Virus record (IMG/VR): IMGVR_UViG_3300027798_000016
Span: 1 to 64,000 of that record
Direction: 5' to 3' (one strand)
Length of the DNA: 64,000 nucleotides
From: a virus
A program made the position numbers and the translations under genes. The notes beneath the pieces were generated by a model, which made no database searches, was not told the DNA's origin, and was given only the letters and a program-made list of their open reading frames with translations. Of this stretch, positions 47,276 to 58,300 are shown one piece after another. Each line of letters begins with the position of its first letter. Position 1 is the stretch's first letter.

Positions 47276-49533
47276 TGGCAACCCGCCCAGGATTCGTTTC
47301 AAATGCCGGTGGCGCCGCATTCGGCAACCCAAACATCACAGCACAAGGACAGCGAGCAGGAGCCACACAGGCAATTCCTGCGCCAAGTGGTGCTGGTGCT
47401 GGCAGAGGAGGCCAAGGTGGCCCAACAGCCGCGCAGTTGGCATCAGTTGGCAACTCGACTCCACCATCTACTCCTTCCACAGGACCAAACACAAAGCCAA
47501 CTTATAATGATGACATAGGATTACCTGACACACATTATAATCCTTTGCAGAATTATAGGAATATGACCTATAACACTAGATTGACAATGATGCCACTGGC
47601 AGAGACCACACTGACTAGACTAGAACGATCGTATGACTATAAAAATGGCATTGTAATGTGGGAAACAGGTGGTGCCGGATCTGTATTCCTAGAAGAACTA
47701 CAAATAGCAGTAGCAGGAACAAAAAATGCCACGGGCAATTACTACACACAACAGCCAACCAGCATCTCTGGTAAAATAGTAGAACCAGTGGGTGGTAGAC
47801 TAATTGAGTCTCTTAGCCTATCTGCAATGAATTTAGGATATTCCACCAATGGTATAGCAATATATTTGCTTGAAGTATGGTTTACAGGATACAATACTGA
47901 TTCAGACATGCCAGAAGTTTGTAAAGGCTGGGAAGGCGAAGAACTAATTTTTCGTTGGTACATTCGCCTGGATGAGTTACATATGAAACTGGACTATAAA
48001 GGTGCAACATATGATTTCAAAGCTGTGCCAAATGATGGCGCCGCAGTTTTGAATGATCACTATACATTAGAAGACGGTTTCAGAATGACTGACGGCCCCA
48101 ATACAATTACACAATTTTGTACATTTCTTGCAAAGGCGCTGAACGACAGAGAAGCAGAAAAAGTAAAAAGCGGACTTCGTTGTATTCCACACAAGTATGT
48201 GATCTCTGCACACAAAGACATTACAAACTTAACATTTTCTTATAGTCTATGGCAGAACGTCACTTCTCTTTGGGGTATGATACCCGGAGAAATACAAGGT
48301 ACACCAGGACAAACAATACAGCAATTCATTACCAATTCAATGCCAAACAGTCCTAACTTATTAAAGTTTCTACATCGTGTTACTGATGGAAAGAAAGAGT
48401 ACAATGCAACTGACACCAATCCAGCTTCAATTCATTTGCCAATGAAGACCCTGGCAATTATTCCAGGATGTAAAGACATTGCGTATGACGAAAAGCTAGG
48501 GCATAGTGCCAAAGAGGTGCATTACTTTTTAACAACTAGAGAAGATGCAACCGCAGTGGTCAGTCCACAGGAATACAAGGATTCTGAAGATCCTAAGAAC
48601 AGGGACAAACGAGTTGACAACTGGATTAAAAAAGGTCTGCTGAGAAAAGTTTATAAGTGGATTTATACAGGTGAAAACATTGAAGTTATCAATACTGAAA
48701 TTAAAATTGACAACATGTGGAGAAGTGTTCGTCCATTATGGATTGACAAAGATGGAAAACCAATTCAAGGTACTGCCGCAACTTCAATACCAGGCAAGCA
48801 GTCAGCTGGTAAAAGCAGTTCAAAGACTGTAACCTGCGCCGCGGCACAAACAGTACAAAAGCCACCGGCAACAAAGGCAACAAGTTACATGGAAGATCTG
48901 CTCTATCGACCAACTGCACCACGAGAAGGTTGGCACCCAACGCAAGCACAGTGGTATCATATGAATACCACAGTACAACAAGGTTCTAACCAAGGTGCGT
49001 TATCTGTGGAAAATGCACAGGAGTACAGTATCTACCGGCAAGTGGCCAATGGCATGAGCGGTGGCGGCGAATTAGTTAAATTAGACCTAGAGGTAGTTGG
49101 AGATCCTTATTGGTTGATGCAAATACCCGGAACGCCAGGTAAGCCGCAACCATGGGAAGATGATGTTTGGGAATACGAAAAGGAACAATTGACAGAAGAG
49201 AAGATGGCTGAAAAGCGTAAATCTGCAAGTACACATACATGGCTAGGAGCATTTTACTTTGAGGCACAAGTGCCCAGTGCAGACAATGGCCCCGATGACA
49301 CAATGGCCTTGCGTAAGAGTGATGCCATAACTGGAATATATTGGCCCTATACAATTGTAAATAGATTTCAGAAGGGAAAGTTTACAACAAAATTGACAGC
49401 AAATAGAGATGTATTGGCAAATCCATGGAAAAAAGATGTTGCCACAAGTAAACCCAATGATACCAAAACCGGTAAAGGTTCTGCCACCAGTGCCGGACCA
49501 ACAACCGCTGCCACGCCAGGCGGCAGACCATGA
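47275..49533 (+). CDS. Baseplate hub protein (gp27-like position)
   Basis: 752 aa between gp53 and gp5; YIYTGENIEV-like segment, LEVVGDPYWL, GIY...IVNRFQKGKFT. Confidence 0.6.
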   Translation: MATRPGFVSNAGGAAFGNPNITAQGQRAGATQAIPAPSGAGAGRGGQGGPTAAQLASVGNSTPPSTPSTGPNTKPTYNDDIGLPDTHYNPLQNYRNMTYNTRLTMMPLAETTLTRLERSYDYKNGIVMWETGGAGSVFLEELQIAVAGTKNATGNYYTQQPTSISGKIVEPVGGRLIESLSLSAMNLGYSTNGIAIYLLEVWFTGYNTDSDMPEVCKGWEGEELIFRWYIRLDELHMKLDYKGATYDFKAVPNDGAAVLNDHYTLEDGFRMTDGPNTITQFCTFLAKALNDREAEKVKSGLRCIPHKYVISAHKDITNLTFSYSLWQNVTSLWGMIPGEIQGTPGQTIQQFITNSMPNSPNLLKFLHRVTDGKKEYNATDTNPASIHLPMKTLAIIPGCKDIAYDEKLGHSAKEVHYFLTTREDATAVVSPQEYKDSEDPKNRDKRVDNWIKKGLLRKVYKWIYTGENIEVINTEIKIDNMWRSVRPLWIDKDGKPIQGTAATSIPGKQSAGKSSSKTVTCAAAQTVQKPPATKATSYMEDLLYRPTAPREGWHPTQAQWYHMNTTVQQGSNQGALSVENAQEYSIYRQVANGMSGGGELVKLDLEVVGDPYWLMQIPGTPGKPQPWEDDVWEYEKEQLTEEKMAEKRKSASTHTWLGAFYFEAQVPSADNGPDDTMALRKSDAITGIYWPYTIVNRFQKGKFTTKLTANRDVLANPWKKDVATSKPNDTKTGKGSATSAGPTTAATPGGRP

Positions 49534-49545
49534 TAAAGACAAAAC

Positions 49546-51690
49546 ATGAAAGCAACTAACCAAGGAGGCCAAGCACAACATCATTCAGCAGGTGGTGGTG
49601 GTGGCGCAAAAAACTTTGGCATCTACATCGGCAAGGTAAAAGATGCATCAGACAAAGAAGGCCTAGGAAGATTGCGTGTATGGATTTCTCAACTGAGCAG
49701 TACCGCAGAAAGCAATGAAAAAGGTTGGTTCACAGTAAGATATTGTCCTCCATTTGCCGGCGGCAGTAATACTCCAACAGAATCAAAATCAACCAGCGCA
49801 ACAGAATTTGCTCAGACCAGTCAGAGCTATGGAATGTGGATGGTACCACCGCATCCAGATGTACAAGTAATTTGCGGATTTATCAACGGAGAGTTGCATC
49901 AAGGCATATGGTGGGCTTGCTTGCCATTTGATTCACATACTCATGCATTGCCTGGCATTGCATCTGGCCTAACACATAAAAATGAAATCAAACCCCTGGC
50001 TGAGAGAAACAGATATAACAAAGCTGATCCAAACGAAGAACGACGACCCAAGCATCCAAAGTCTGCACAAATTAATGTGCAAGGACTGGGCAACGATCTA
50101 AGAAGAGGCCACAACAATGCAAGTCCTTTTAGAGCCAAGGGCAAACATCCAGGATATGCCTACGGCTTTTTAACGCCTGGACAAAATAATCTATTGTTGG
50201 ACGATGGTGCAGATGGCAACGGTGGCAAGATACAATTTAGAACCCGCAAAGGAAATCAAATTCTATTGGATGCTGAAGAAGGATTTATTTACTTCAGTAA
50301 TGCGTCAGGAACTGCCTGGGTAGAAATCGAAGACACTGGCAATATTGACATGTACTGTTCTAAAAATTTCAGTGTTCACGCAGGAGAAAATATTAATTTT
50401 CATGCCAACCTGGACATCAACATCAATGCCGGCGCAGGGCTAAACCTAAGCGCCACCAAAAATGCAGTGGTAGAAGCATGTGAAGAATTTAACATAACTG
50501 GAACCACCAATGTAAAAATTACATCAGCGGCCAATGTGCATATACTTGCTGACAGTCAAATGAGATTGAGTGCAAACCGCATTGACTTGAATGGACCTGT
50601 TGCAGACAGAGCAACATTGCCAAGTCAGAACAGTTTAATTACCAACAGTGAAGTTGGTAAAAGCGTTTCTGTTCGAGTACCTGAAGCAGAACCATATGGC
50701 GGCCATTCACACAAGGGTGGCGAACAACCAACTGCTGGAGATGTGCCGTCACCAGCAATTGTTCCAACACCAGAAAGTTATAAAGATATTCCACCAGCTA
50801 CAAAATCAGATGCCATTGATTGTGTGCCAGACATAACAGAATATAGAATCAGCGAAGAAGCATTTAATGCAAATCTTTCCAGAGAAGCCTATAGAGGCAT
50901 GCAATACTCAGACTATCTTGGTTATAGTGTTGGCTACGGAACACGAGTAGACATTTGGGGTCCAGGAAATCCTGCCAGCAAATTAGATCCAAACATCAAG
51001 CAAGCTCTTAAAGATGGCCCAAGCGAAGCAGAAGCCAGAACAGCGGCACGGCAGATCATGGACAGACACATTAGTCCACCATTGGGAGCTCGACTTAAAA
51101 AAGCCATCGCTGGCGCCGGCAAACCAGTGTGTGTCACACAATCACAAGTGGATGCACTACATATGGCGGCATTTGGAAATCCATCAGCGGCATACGAAAT
51201 GGCAGACCAACTGGTTGCATCAGGAGCGGCAGCTTCAGATGGCAAGCCAACCAGAGAAGATATTGCTAAAATTTGGGCCAATGGTAAATTTAGCAATTCT
51301 GCTGAAGTCAAAAGCAAAGAAGCACAATTTGCAATGACTGGCGAGATAGAAGTAAAGAAAACTCAGCAAGATTTACTAAGCGAGGGTGTGAAATCAGACG
51401 AAGCCGCTGTAAGAAATAACAAAGCCAGAAACCCAGACGGAAAATGGGACAGTGAAGATGGTGGTGGACCAGCAGGCGGCAAACGACTGCAACCAGATTT
51501 AACAAAGCCAACTGCCCAACAACAAGCTCAATATGAAAGAAGCAACTATCTCAACACTGGAAATGTACCTCCGGGCAGTAGATTAACCAAAGAACAACTG
51601 CAAGACAAGTACGGATCTCCACACACTGGCGGCAATGCTGTGGCAGGAACGCCAACACAACCAGAAGCTAAAAAAACAGCCACCGGTTGA
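49546..51690 (+). CDS. gp5: Baseplate central spike with OB-fold and lysozyme-like domain
   Basis: GIYIGKVKD..D..GLGRLRVWI, SYGMWMVPP, beta-helix repeats, then REAYRGMQYSD...SVGYGT...TQSQVDAL. Confidence 0.8.
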   Translation: MKATNQGGQAQHHSAGGGGGAKNFGIYIGKVKDASDKEGLGRLRVWISQLSSTAESNEKGWFTVRYCPPFAGGSNTPTESKSTSATEFAQTSQSYGMWMVPPHPDVQVICGFINGELHQGIWWACLPFDSHTHALPGIASGLTHKNEIKPLAERNRYNKADPNEERRPKHPKSAQINVQGLGNDLRRGHNNASPFRAKGKHPGYAYGFLTPGQNNLLLDDGADGNGGKIQFRTRKGNQILLDAEEGFIYFSNASGTAWVEIEDTGNIDMYCSKNFSVHAGENINFHANLDININAGAGLNLSATKNAVVEACEEFNITGTTNVKITSAANVHILADSQMRLSANRIDLNGPVADRATLPSQNSLITNSEVGKSVSVRVPEAEPYGGHSHKGGEQPTAGDVPSPAIVPTPESYKDIPPATKSDAIDCVPDITEYRISEEAFNANLSREAYRGMQYSDYLGYSVGYGTRVDIWGPGNPASKLDPNIKQALKDGPSEAEARTAARQIMDRHISPPLGARLKKAIAGAGKPVCVTQSQVDALHMAAFGNPSAAYEMADQLVASGAAASDGKPTREDIAKIWANGKFSNSAEVKSKEAQFAMTGEIEVKKTQQDLLSEGVKSDEAAVRNNKARNPDGKWDSEDGGGPAGGKRLQPDLTKPTAQQQAQYERSNYLNTGNVPPGSRLTKEQLQDKYGSPHTGGNAVAGTPTQPEAKKTATG

Positions 51691-51726
51691 TAAAACCCAG
51701 TATAATACATATTGGTAAATAGGCTT

Positions 51727-52107
51727 ATGCCAACATTTACATCAAGATTTCGCGGGTACAGCACAGTAGGAACTACTTTTTTAAAGCCAGTTCGTTACGA
51801 CATGGACTTGGCCAAACAAGACTTATTAAACCATTTTAACACCCGCAAAGGCGAGCGTGTTATGATGCCAACCTTTGGAAGTATTGTATGGGAAATGTTG
51901 TTTGAGCCCTTGGATGATGCAACAATTGCTCTCATCGAGGCTGATGTCAGATCTATTATTAGCAATGACCCTCGTTGGGCGTTGGAGAGCGTGACAGTCA
52001 GTGATGGACCAAATGCTTTAACCTTAGAGGTTATAGTAACCTATCGTCCGTCTGATGAAACAGTTACATTGCCCTTAACATACGATAAAGGAACGGAAAC
52101 AAAATGA
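51727..52107 (+). CDS. gp25: Baseplate wedge protein
   Basis: DLLNHFNTRKGERVMMPTFGSIVWEMLFEPL...DPR. Confidence 0.92.
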   Translation: MPTFTSRFRGYSTVGTTFLKPVRYDMDLAKQDLLNHFNTRKGERVMMPTFGSIVWEMLFEPLDDATIALIEADVRSIISNDPRWALESVTVSDGPNALTLEVIVTYRPSDETVTLPLTYDKGTETK

Positions 52108-55100
52108 GCCAGACTCGACGCCTTGGACAACTAAATGCCGCAGAGAGTTGGCTGAACAACTATAGGTATTTGGTCAATGCAGATTTTAAAGCCTACGACT
52201 TTGAAAGTCTTCGCGCCGCATTGTTAAATCACATACAAACAAACTACCCAGAAGACTTCACTGACTTTATTAACTCCAGCGAGTATGTTGCACTGATTGA
52301 CTTGATGTCATATATTGGACAAAATTTAGCTTTCAGAAGTGATTTAAATTTAAGAGAAACTTTTTTAGAGACTGCTGAAAATCGCGGCAATATTTTAAGC
52401 ATTGCCAGACAGTTGGGATACAAGCCGTTTCGTAATTTTAACGCCGGCGGCTTTCTTCGCATCTCTGCAATAAAAACAAGTCAAGATTTATATGACAGCA
52501 AAGGTGCAAACCTTGCAAATACAACTGTGGTGTGGGCTGATCCGTTGAATCCTGACTTTAACGAACAGACCAGTATCATCCTCAATGAGGCATTTAATAA
52601 AGCTACTCCAATTGGTCGTCCAGTTAGTTCGGCAATTACCAATGGCATTTCTAGAGAGCTGTATCAAATTTCACAATCGCAAAATAGAACAATGGTAGAG
52701 GCATTCAATCTCAACGGTCGCAATAGTACAAATTACAACTGCGAAATTGTACCAATGGTCATTGATGCAACCACACAGTTGGCCCTAGAATCGACTCCTA
52801 ATCCTTATGGTTACATGACAATGTTGTTTAACAATGACGGAACTGGTTATGCAAATTCAACCAATGGTTGGTTCCTGTTATTCAAACAAGGCACACTCTC
52901 ATATGAAGATCATGTATTAGAAACCAGTATTCAAAACCGCGTGATTGATGTTGACGCCACCGGCATCAATGAAAGCGATGTATGGGTACAAAGTGTTGAC
53001 GGCTCTGGTCGAATCATTGACAGCTGGACTAAAGTTCCAAGTACCGTTGGTAAAAATATTGCATTCAATGCAATCAATAAAGACACTAGAAAGATCTACG
53101 AAGTAATCACAAAAGAAAACGACACAATCAGTATCAAATTTGGTGATGGCACATTTGCAGATATTCCCACAGGAAATATTAGAATTTGGTATAGGCAAAG
53201 TGCAATGGAACAAATTTCGTTTGTGCCATCTGATGTACTTGGCATGCAAGCCGCGCTGAGATATGTTGACAGTGAAGGAAAAGAACAAGACTTAGTTTGC
53301 ACATTGCAATTGTCAGAACCAATAAACAATTCACTGAGCGAAACAATAACACAGATTAAAAATCGTGCGGCCAGAACAGCGGCCAGTCAAGATCGCATGA
53401 TCACAGCCAGCGACTACAACATATATCCAGAAGGCCAGATTGGCGGTGTCGACAAGATCTTGTCAATCAGCAGAACCTTTGCTGGTCAAAGCATTTATGC
53501 TGACACACAAGATCCAACAGCAACTTATCGTCCAGTGATCACATTGGCCAGCGACGGTTTCATTTACTCATCTGAAAATACAGTTGAAACAACATTACAA
53601 GATAGTTCCACAACCGATGAAGTTTTAAGTTGGGTACAAGAATCATTGTTGAGCCGAAGCACACATCAGTTATACTATAAAAAGTATCTGTATGATGATG
53701 CCAGTGGTCTTTTACGAATTGGCAGCGACTCTTCATTGGTCTGGCACAAAGTTGACTATGCCAATGGAATAACACACGGATACTTTTATGATGTGGCAGA
53801 CGCAGATAAGAAACCAGTGCGAGTAGGAAAAGGAACTGCAATACTAGAGAATCGAACACTAAAGAAAAATTCTCTAATCAAATTCTCATCTGACAAATGG
53901 GCAAAAATATTAGACATCTACAGAGAAGGTTTTGGGGTAGGTGACAATGACGGAAACAATACAGGACTCCGTGCCAATGGGCAAGGCGCTGTATTTGTCA
54001 ATGGCACCATAGCCGACGGACAGTTGTTTGGATGGATTCCAAGCATGCGAACATTGTTTAACATCAACGAACTGTCTGAAATAGAAGAAAAAATCAAGGC
54101 CAAACAAAACTTTGGTTTGTATTACGATAACATTAAAGATCGATGGTTTGTTGTGTCAGCTGACTTGATCAATGATATCACAGGGCAAGGTCTTGATCTA
54201 ACAACAGCAGGCACAGCAACCTTCAGAGGCAACAGTAGCTGGATGATTCGATTGGTACATAATCCTCTGACAAAAGTTTGGGCCAGTGTATTAAGAAGAG
54301 ATCAAACAGCGTTTGGCAGTGACAGTGAATTGTCCTTTCATAATCAACGGTTTGGCAGTGCATTAGATCAAACAACTCGTCGTGTTATTAAAGATTCTGT
54401 TAAGTTTTTAAATGTCAATGTTGGTTTAATCAATGAGCTAGAATTAGATGTGGTTGACTACTTTAGACTAGATGATGGTCGTTACGATCCAAAAAGAGTG
54501 CAGGTATTGTTGCCAGGACTACTAGATACATTGGTTCCAGATGATCCAACAATCATTGATTCAATTATCAACACAGGTACAAACAACACCAGTGATCACA
54601 TTGTGAATTTAGTAAAACAAGAATTTACTGATGCCAGAGGACAGTACACACTGAAACCAACAGCTTCTGTCACAGTACCAGGCGACCTAAATGGAGTCAG
54701 TGGTAGACAAGATTTAAAAGTTCAGTACAATCATGTTCCTCTAAGAGACAACAGAGTTGATCCAACAACTACCAACATCATTGATATGTTTGTGTTGACA
54801 ACTGATTTTAATCAAGCATTTAGATTTTGGGTAAACAACGGAGCCGCATCAGGTCTTCGTCCAATGCCATTGTCCAGCTACAGCTTGGAACAATTGATGC
54901 AACCTATTATTCCTTACAAAAGCATCAGCGACAGCATTGTTTTCCATCCAGTTGACTACAAAGTAATTTTTGGAGTTGGATCTGATGCTCGATATCAAGT
55001 GACAATTCGTGTCACCAAGAGTGACGGCACAAAAGTCAGCGATGCTGAAATTAGGAGTAGAGTCGTTGCAAGTGTCAATGCCTACTTTAACTTTAGTAAT

Positions 55101-55325
55101 TGGGATTTTGGCGAAACTTTTTATTTTACTGACATGGCTTCGTGGGTACACAAGCAGTTGGGCGGCGTAATCAGCAGTATTGTTCTAGTGCCGTTGCAAA
55201 GTAATCTAACACCAAATGATCTATTTCAAATTAAATGTGAGCAGAATGAAATTTTCATTAGTAGCGCAACTGTGAACAATGTAGAAATTATTTCTAGTCA
55301 AGTTTCACCAACCGGAATCATGTAA
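52104..55325 (+). CDS. gp6: Baseplate wedge protein
   Basis: DFESLR...YPEDFTDF..SSE..ALIDLMSY, FLETAENRGNILSIARQLGYKP, IKFGDG.F..IP, QDRMITASDY, WDFGETFYF. Confidence 0.9.
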   Translation: MSQTRRLGQLNAAESWLNNYRYLVNADFKAYDFESLRAALLNHIQTNYPEDFTDFINSSEYVALIDLMSYIGQNLAFRSDLNLRETFLETAENRGNILSIARQLGYKPFRNFNAGGFLRISAIKTSQDLYDSKGANLANTTVVWADPLNPDFNEQTSIILNEAFNKATPIGRPVSSAITNGISRELYQISQSQNRTMVEAFNLNGRNSTNYNCEIVPMVIDATTQLALESTPNPYGYMTMLFNNDGTGYANSTNGWFLLFKQGTLSYEDHVLETSIQNRVIDVDATGINESDVWVQSVDGSGRIIDSWTKVPSTVGKNIAFNAINKDTRKIYEVITKENDTISIKFGDGTFADIPTGNIRIWYRQSAMEQISFVPSDVLGMQAALRYVDSEGKEQDLVCTLQLSEPINNSLSETITQIKNRAARTAASQDRMITASDYNIYPEGQIGGVDKILSISRTFAGQSIYADTQDPTATYRPVITLASDGFIYSSENTVETTLQDSSTTDEVLSWVQESLLSRSTHQLYYKKYLYDDASGLLRIGSDSSLVWHKVDYANGITHGYFYDVADADKKPVRVGKGTAILENRTLKKNSLIKFSSDKWAKILDIYREGFGVGDNDGNNTGLRANGQGAVFVNGTIADGQLFGWIPSMRTLFNINELSEIEEKIKAKQNFGLYYDNIKDRWFVVSADLINDITGQGLDLTTAGTATFRGNSSWMIRLVHNPLTKVWASVLRRDQTAFGSDSELSFHNQRFGSALDQTTRRVIKDSVKFLNVNVGLINELELDVVDYFRLDDGRYDPKRVQVLLPGLLDTLVPDDPTIIDSIINTGTNNTSDHIVNLVKQEFTDARGQYTLKPTASVTVPGDLNGVSGRQDLKVQYNHVPLRDNRVDPTTTNIIDMFVLTTDFNQAFRFWVNNGAASGLRPMPLSSYSLEQLMQPIIPYKSISDSIVFHPVDYKVIFGVGSDARYQVTIRVTKSDGTKVSDAEIRSRVVASVNAYFNFSNWDFGETFYFTDMASWVHKQLGGVISSIVLVPLQSNLTPNDLFQIKCEQNEIFISSATVNNVEIISSQVSPTGIM

Positions 55326-55327
55326 AA

Positions 55328-58300
55328 ATGGCGCAAGACCCAACAAAAATTAATCCAGTTAGCACATCTGTTAAAACCTATCCAGGCGAACGCTTGGATG
55401 AGTTGGCATTGCCAACGGTACCAGAATTACTTCCAAGTATATTCAGGACAGATACCAATAAAAAATTAATTGCGGCAGTAATGGAAGACATGTTCCAGCC
55501 GCATGCCATGGAAGATTTGAATTACTCCGTTGGCAGGCGCACAACAAAGTCGTTGGTCAATGACTACTTGCCGCATCCAACAGCAAAAAGACAACTGGAG
55601 CCAGGACTTTTAGTTTACCGTGCGGATAACTCTCCAGCAACATTGAGCGCAGATGAAGTGGCGCATGGCTGGGGATTAAACGACAGGACCAAAGAAACAA
55701 CAGTTCCAGTTAGTATCTTAGATTTACCAATTGATCCGGACAAATTTATCAATTGGCCAGACTATTATTGGATACAGGAAGGAATGCCTGTGATCTTCAT
55801 CACTGGAACCGAAACAGAAACTTTTGACATTCAAAATGACATTCTAGGAAAGCCAGCGTACACCACAGTTTTACAACGAAGCGGCAAACGCCTTGAACTG
55901 AAAAATGGAATGCGGGTTGTATTCAACAATGTTCCGTCAGCCGAAGCTACCTTTAATAAACCAGCAAGAATTGGTACTGTACCAATACTATCTAATTTTG
56001 TAATCGACACAGTAACAAATGGAAAATCAAGTCTTGACATAGAATGTGACTTTGTTGCCTATGACCGAAGTAAAATTATTGTCACAGTTGATGGCATTGT
56101 AAAAACTTTTAAAGTTGATTATGATGTAATTGCAAATACCATACATTGGAATGGAACTGTTCCAAGCGTAGACTTACCAGTGAATTTAAACTGCGTTGAG
56201 TATTTTTTAACAACTGATGAAGATTCAAACAAGGCCAGTCGACGATGGCAAATTGCCGGAGTAGGAACAGCCGGCGGCATTCGCTTGTTGTCTAGAACAC
56301 ACCAATACACCAACACAAGGTACAGTAAGGCAATTCAAACTCTATGGGATAAAACAGCAGTACCATGGGATAGTGTTGAGTGGGACGGCGCAATCAAAGG
56401 TATCAATGAAAAACATTATATCTTAGAAAAAGTTGGAGCACGAACTCGAAATACAAATAGCAGGGTTAATGTATGGTATCATAAAGACACCATACAAACT
56501 ACTGCTGACTATCTCAACATCAATTTCAATGATATTGTTACATCTTCTGGCTCAAACACAAATGCATTACCAGCACAAGCATTAAGACCCATTGTTGAAT
56601 TTGATGACACATTGGAATTGTTCAACCATGGAATCTTTTTTAGAGCATGGCCAAATTTAGTCACATCAATAGATGGTGTTGCTGTATCCGATTTCATCAA
56701 TTTGCCAATTGTAGATCTAGATTTAGAAATTCTAAATTCAAAATACATAAGCACAACTCGAAAGTTACAAATAGAACCCGATATAATTGTTCGGGCACTG
56801 TCACAGGGCAATAACATACAAACTGCTCTCAACCGGTCTAGTTTTACAATACAAGAGTTTGATGAATTATTAAACACAGTGAGTCAGAAAATTCTTTATG
56901 AAGTTGCCAATGGAAAAATTATTTGGTTGAAGAACCAACCAGAACATTGGAGCATTACATACCGCATCTCCGGAGTACCAGTTGATAAATTAAGAATTTT
57001 ATGGTTAGTCAACGACATCTATAAAAACAAAATTATAAATGTTTTATCAAACGAAACTGTTACAAATGGATTCGTGCCTGAAACAGCCAGGAATAGAGAT
57101 GCAGTATTAATTGATACTCCTTACAGCACAGACGCAAATTACCTGTTGGAGTATCATTGGGTCAACGGTCAAGCAATTCTGGCACAAACCAGACTTTCTC
57201 GTACACAGCAACCATTGTTTGAATTGTATGATTCAACAAATGTCAAACTGAGTAACAATCCAAATAATCCAGATATTAAAAGTTCTGCAATTATTGAAAT
57301 TGTCAATGGTGACAAATACGATGCAGAATCTGGATATAACTTAAAATTTTTACCTTCACAATTCAGTGAGTTGACAGCTGACAATACTGCATCAGATGCA
57401 ATGTATGATATCGTATATAATCATACATTACAAAATTTTGCATACTACAATCAAGGCACTGCCTCTAAAACAGTCAGCGGTCCATATCAATTCAGACGGG
57501 TGACTGATAACACTCCGTTGATCAATCAACTCAGCATTGGTTACAGCAGAGCATGGTTCCGTTTAAAGAGTTGGGCAATTAGAACAGTTGCCGACTTTGA
57601 TAATTCAACAGTTGAATTGGACGCCACAATGTGGCCCAAGTATGACTGGGGCATTAAAGTAATAAACAATACTTTACGAGCAGTTTACCTAGACAACTTT
57701 AGTATTGTTGCCAAAAACTTGCCAAGGATTGCCGCTGGTGAATCTGCCAACTTTACAGTTTTCGTAGATGGTAATCCAAGCGTGGCAACAATCAGCGGCG
57801 TTGATATGACCAGCTTTGATGTTGATATTGTTAATAATTATTTTACATTTGTAGTTCCAGCTGATGCACCATCAAAGTTAACCATCACCATTGACGGAAA
57901 ATCAATACAAGCAAAAGTCATTGATGTAAAACAAGATCCAAGAAATGTAAAAGTAAAATTAAACGGCTTGCCTGTAGACTACAGCTTCACAGTGGTACGA
58001 GATTCATCATGGGCCATTACATCGGTGCAACTACAGGCCGACGGCCAAGGCACCCTTGAAATTCAACATCAAGGCGACCATGCTGACAATGACCATATCA
58101 CTGCAATTCCAGGGCTGGTATTCAATCCTGAACAAAACATCAACTTAGGAGAATTTACTCCAAGTCGTTTGGTGCATAATATGACATCAAGCATTAATGC
58201 CAACAAACGATCAGACAGTCAAAGTTGGAATTCAGTAGACTATGTGTTTGACGCTGATGGTGCAATAATGGCAGATAACAGTAGCATGCGAAGTGCATGG

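Noticed and set aside
51160-51185. AAFGNP in gp5 matching the hub protein N-terminal motif
   Set aside because: Falls within the lysozyme-like helix; probably coincidental.
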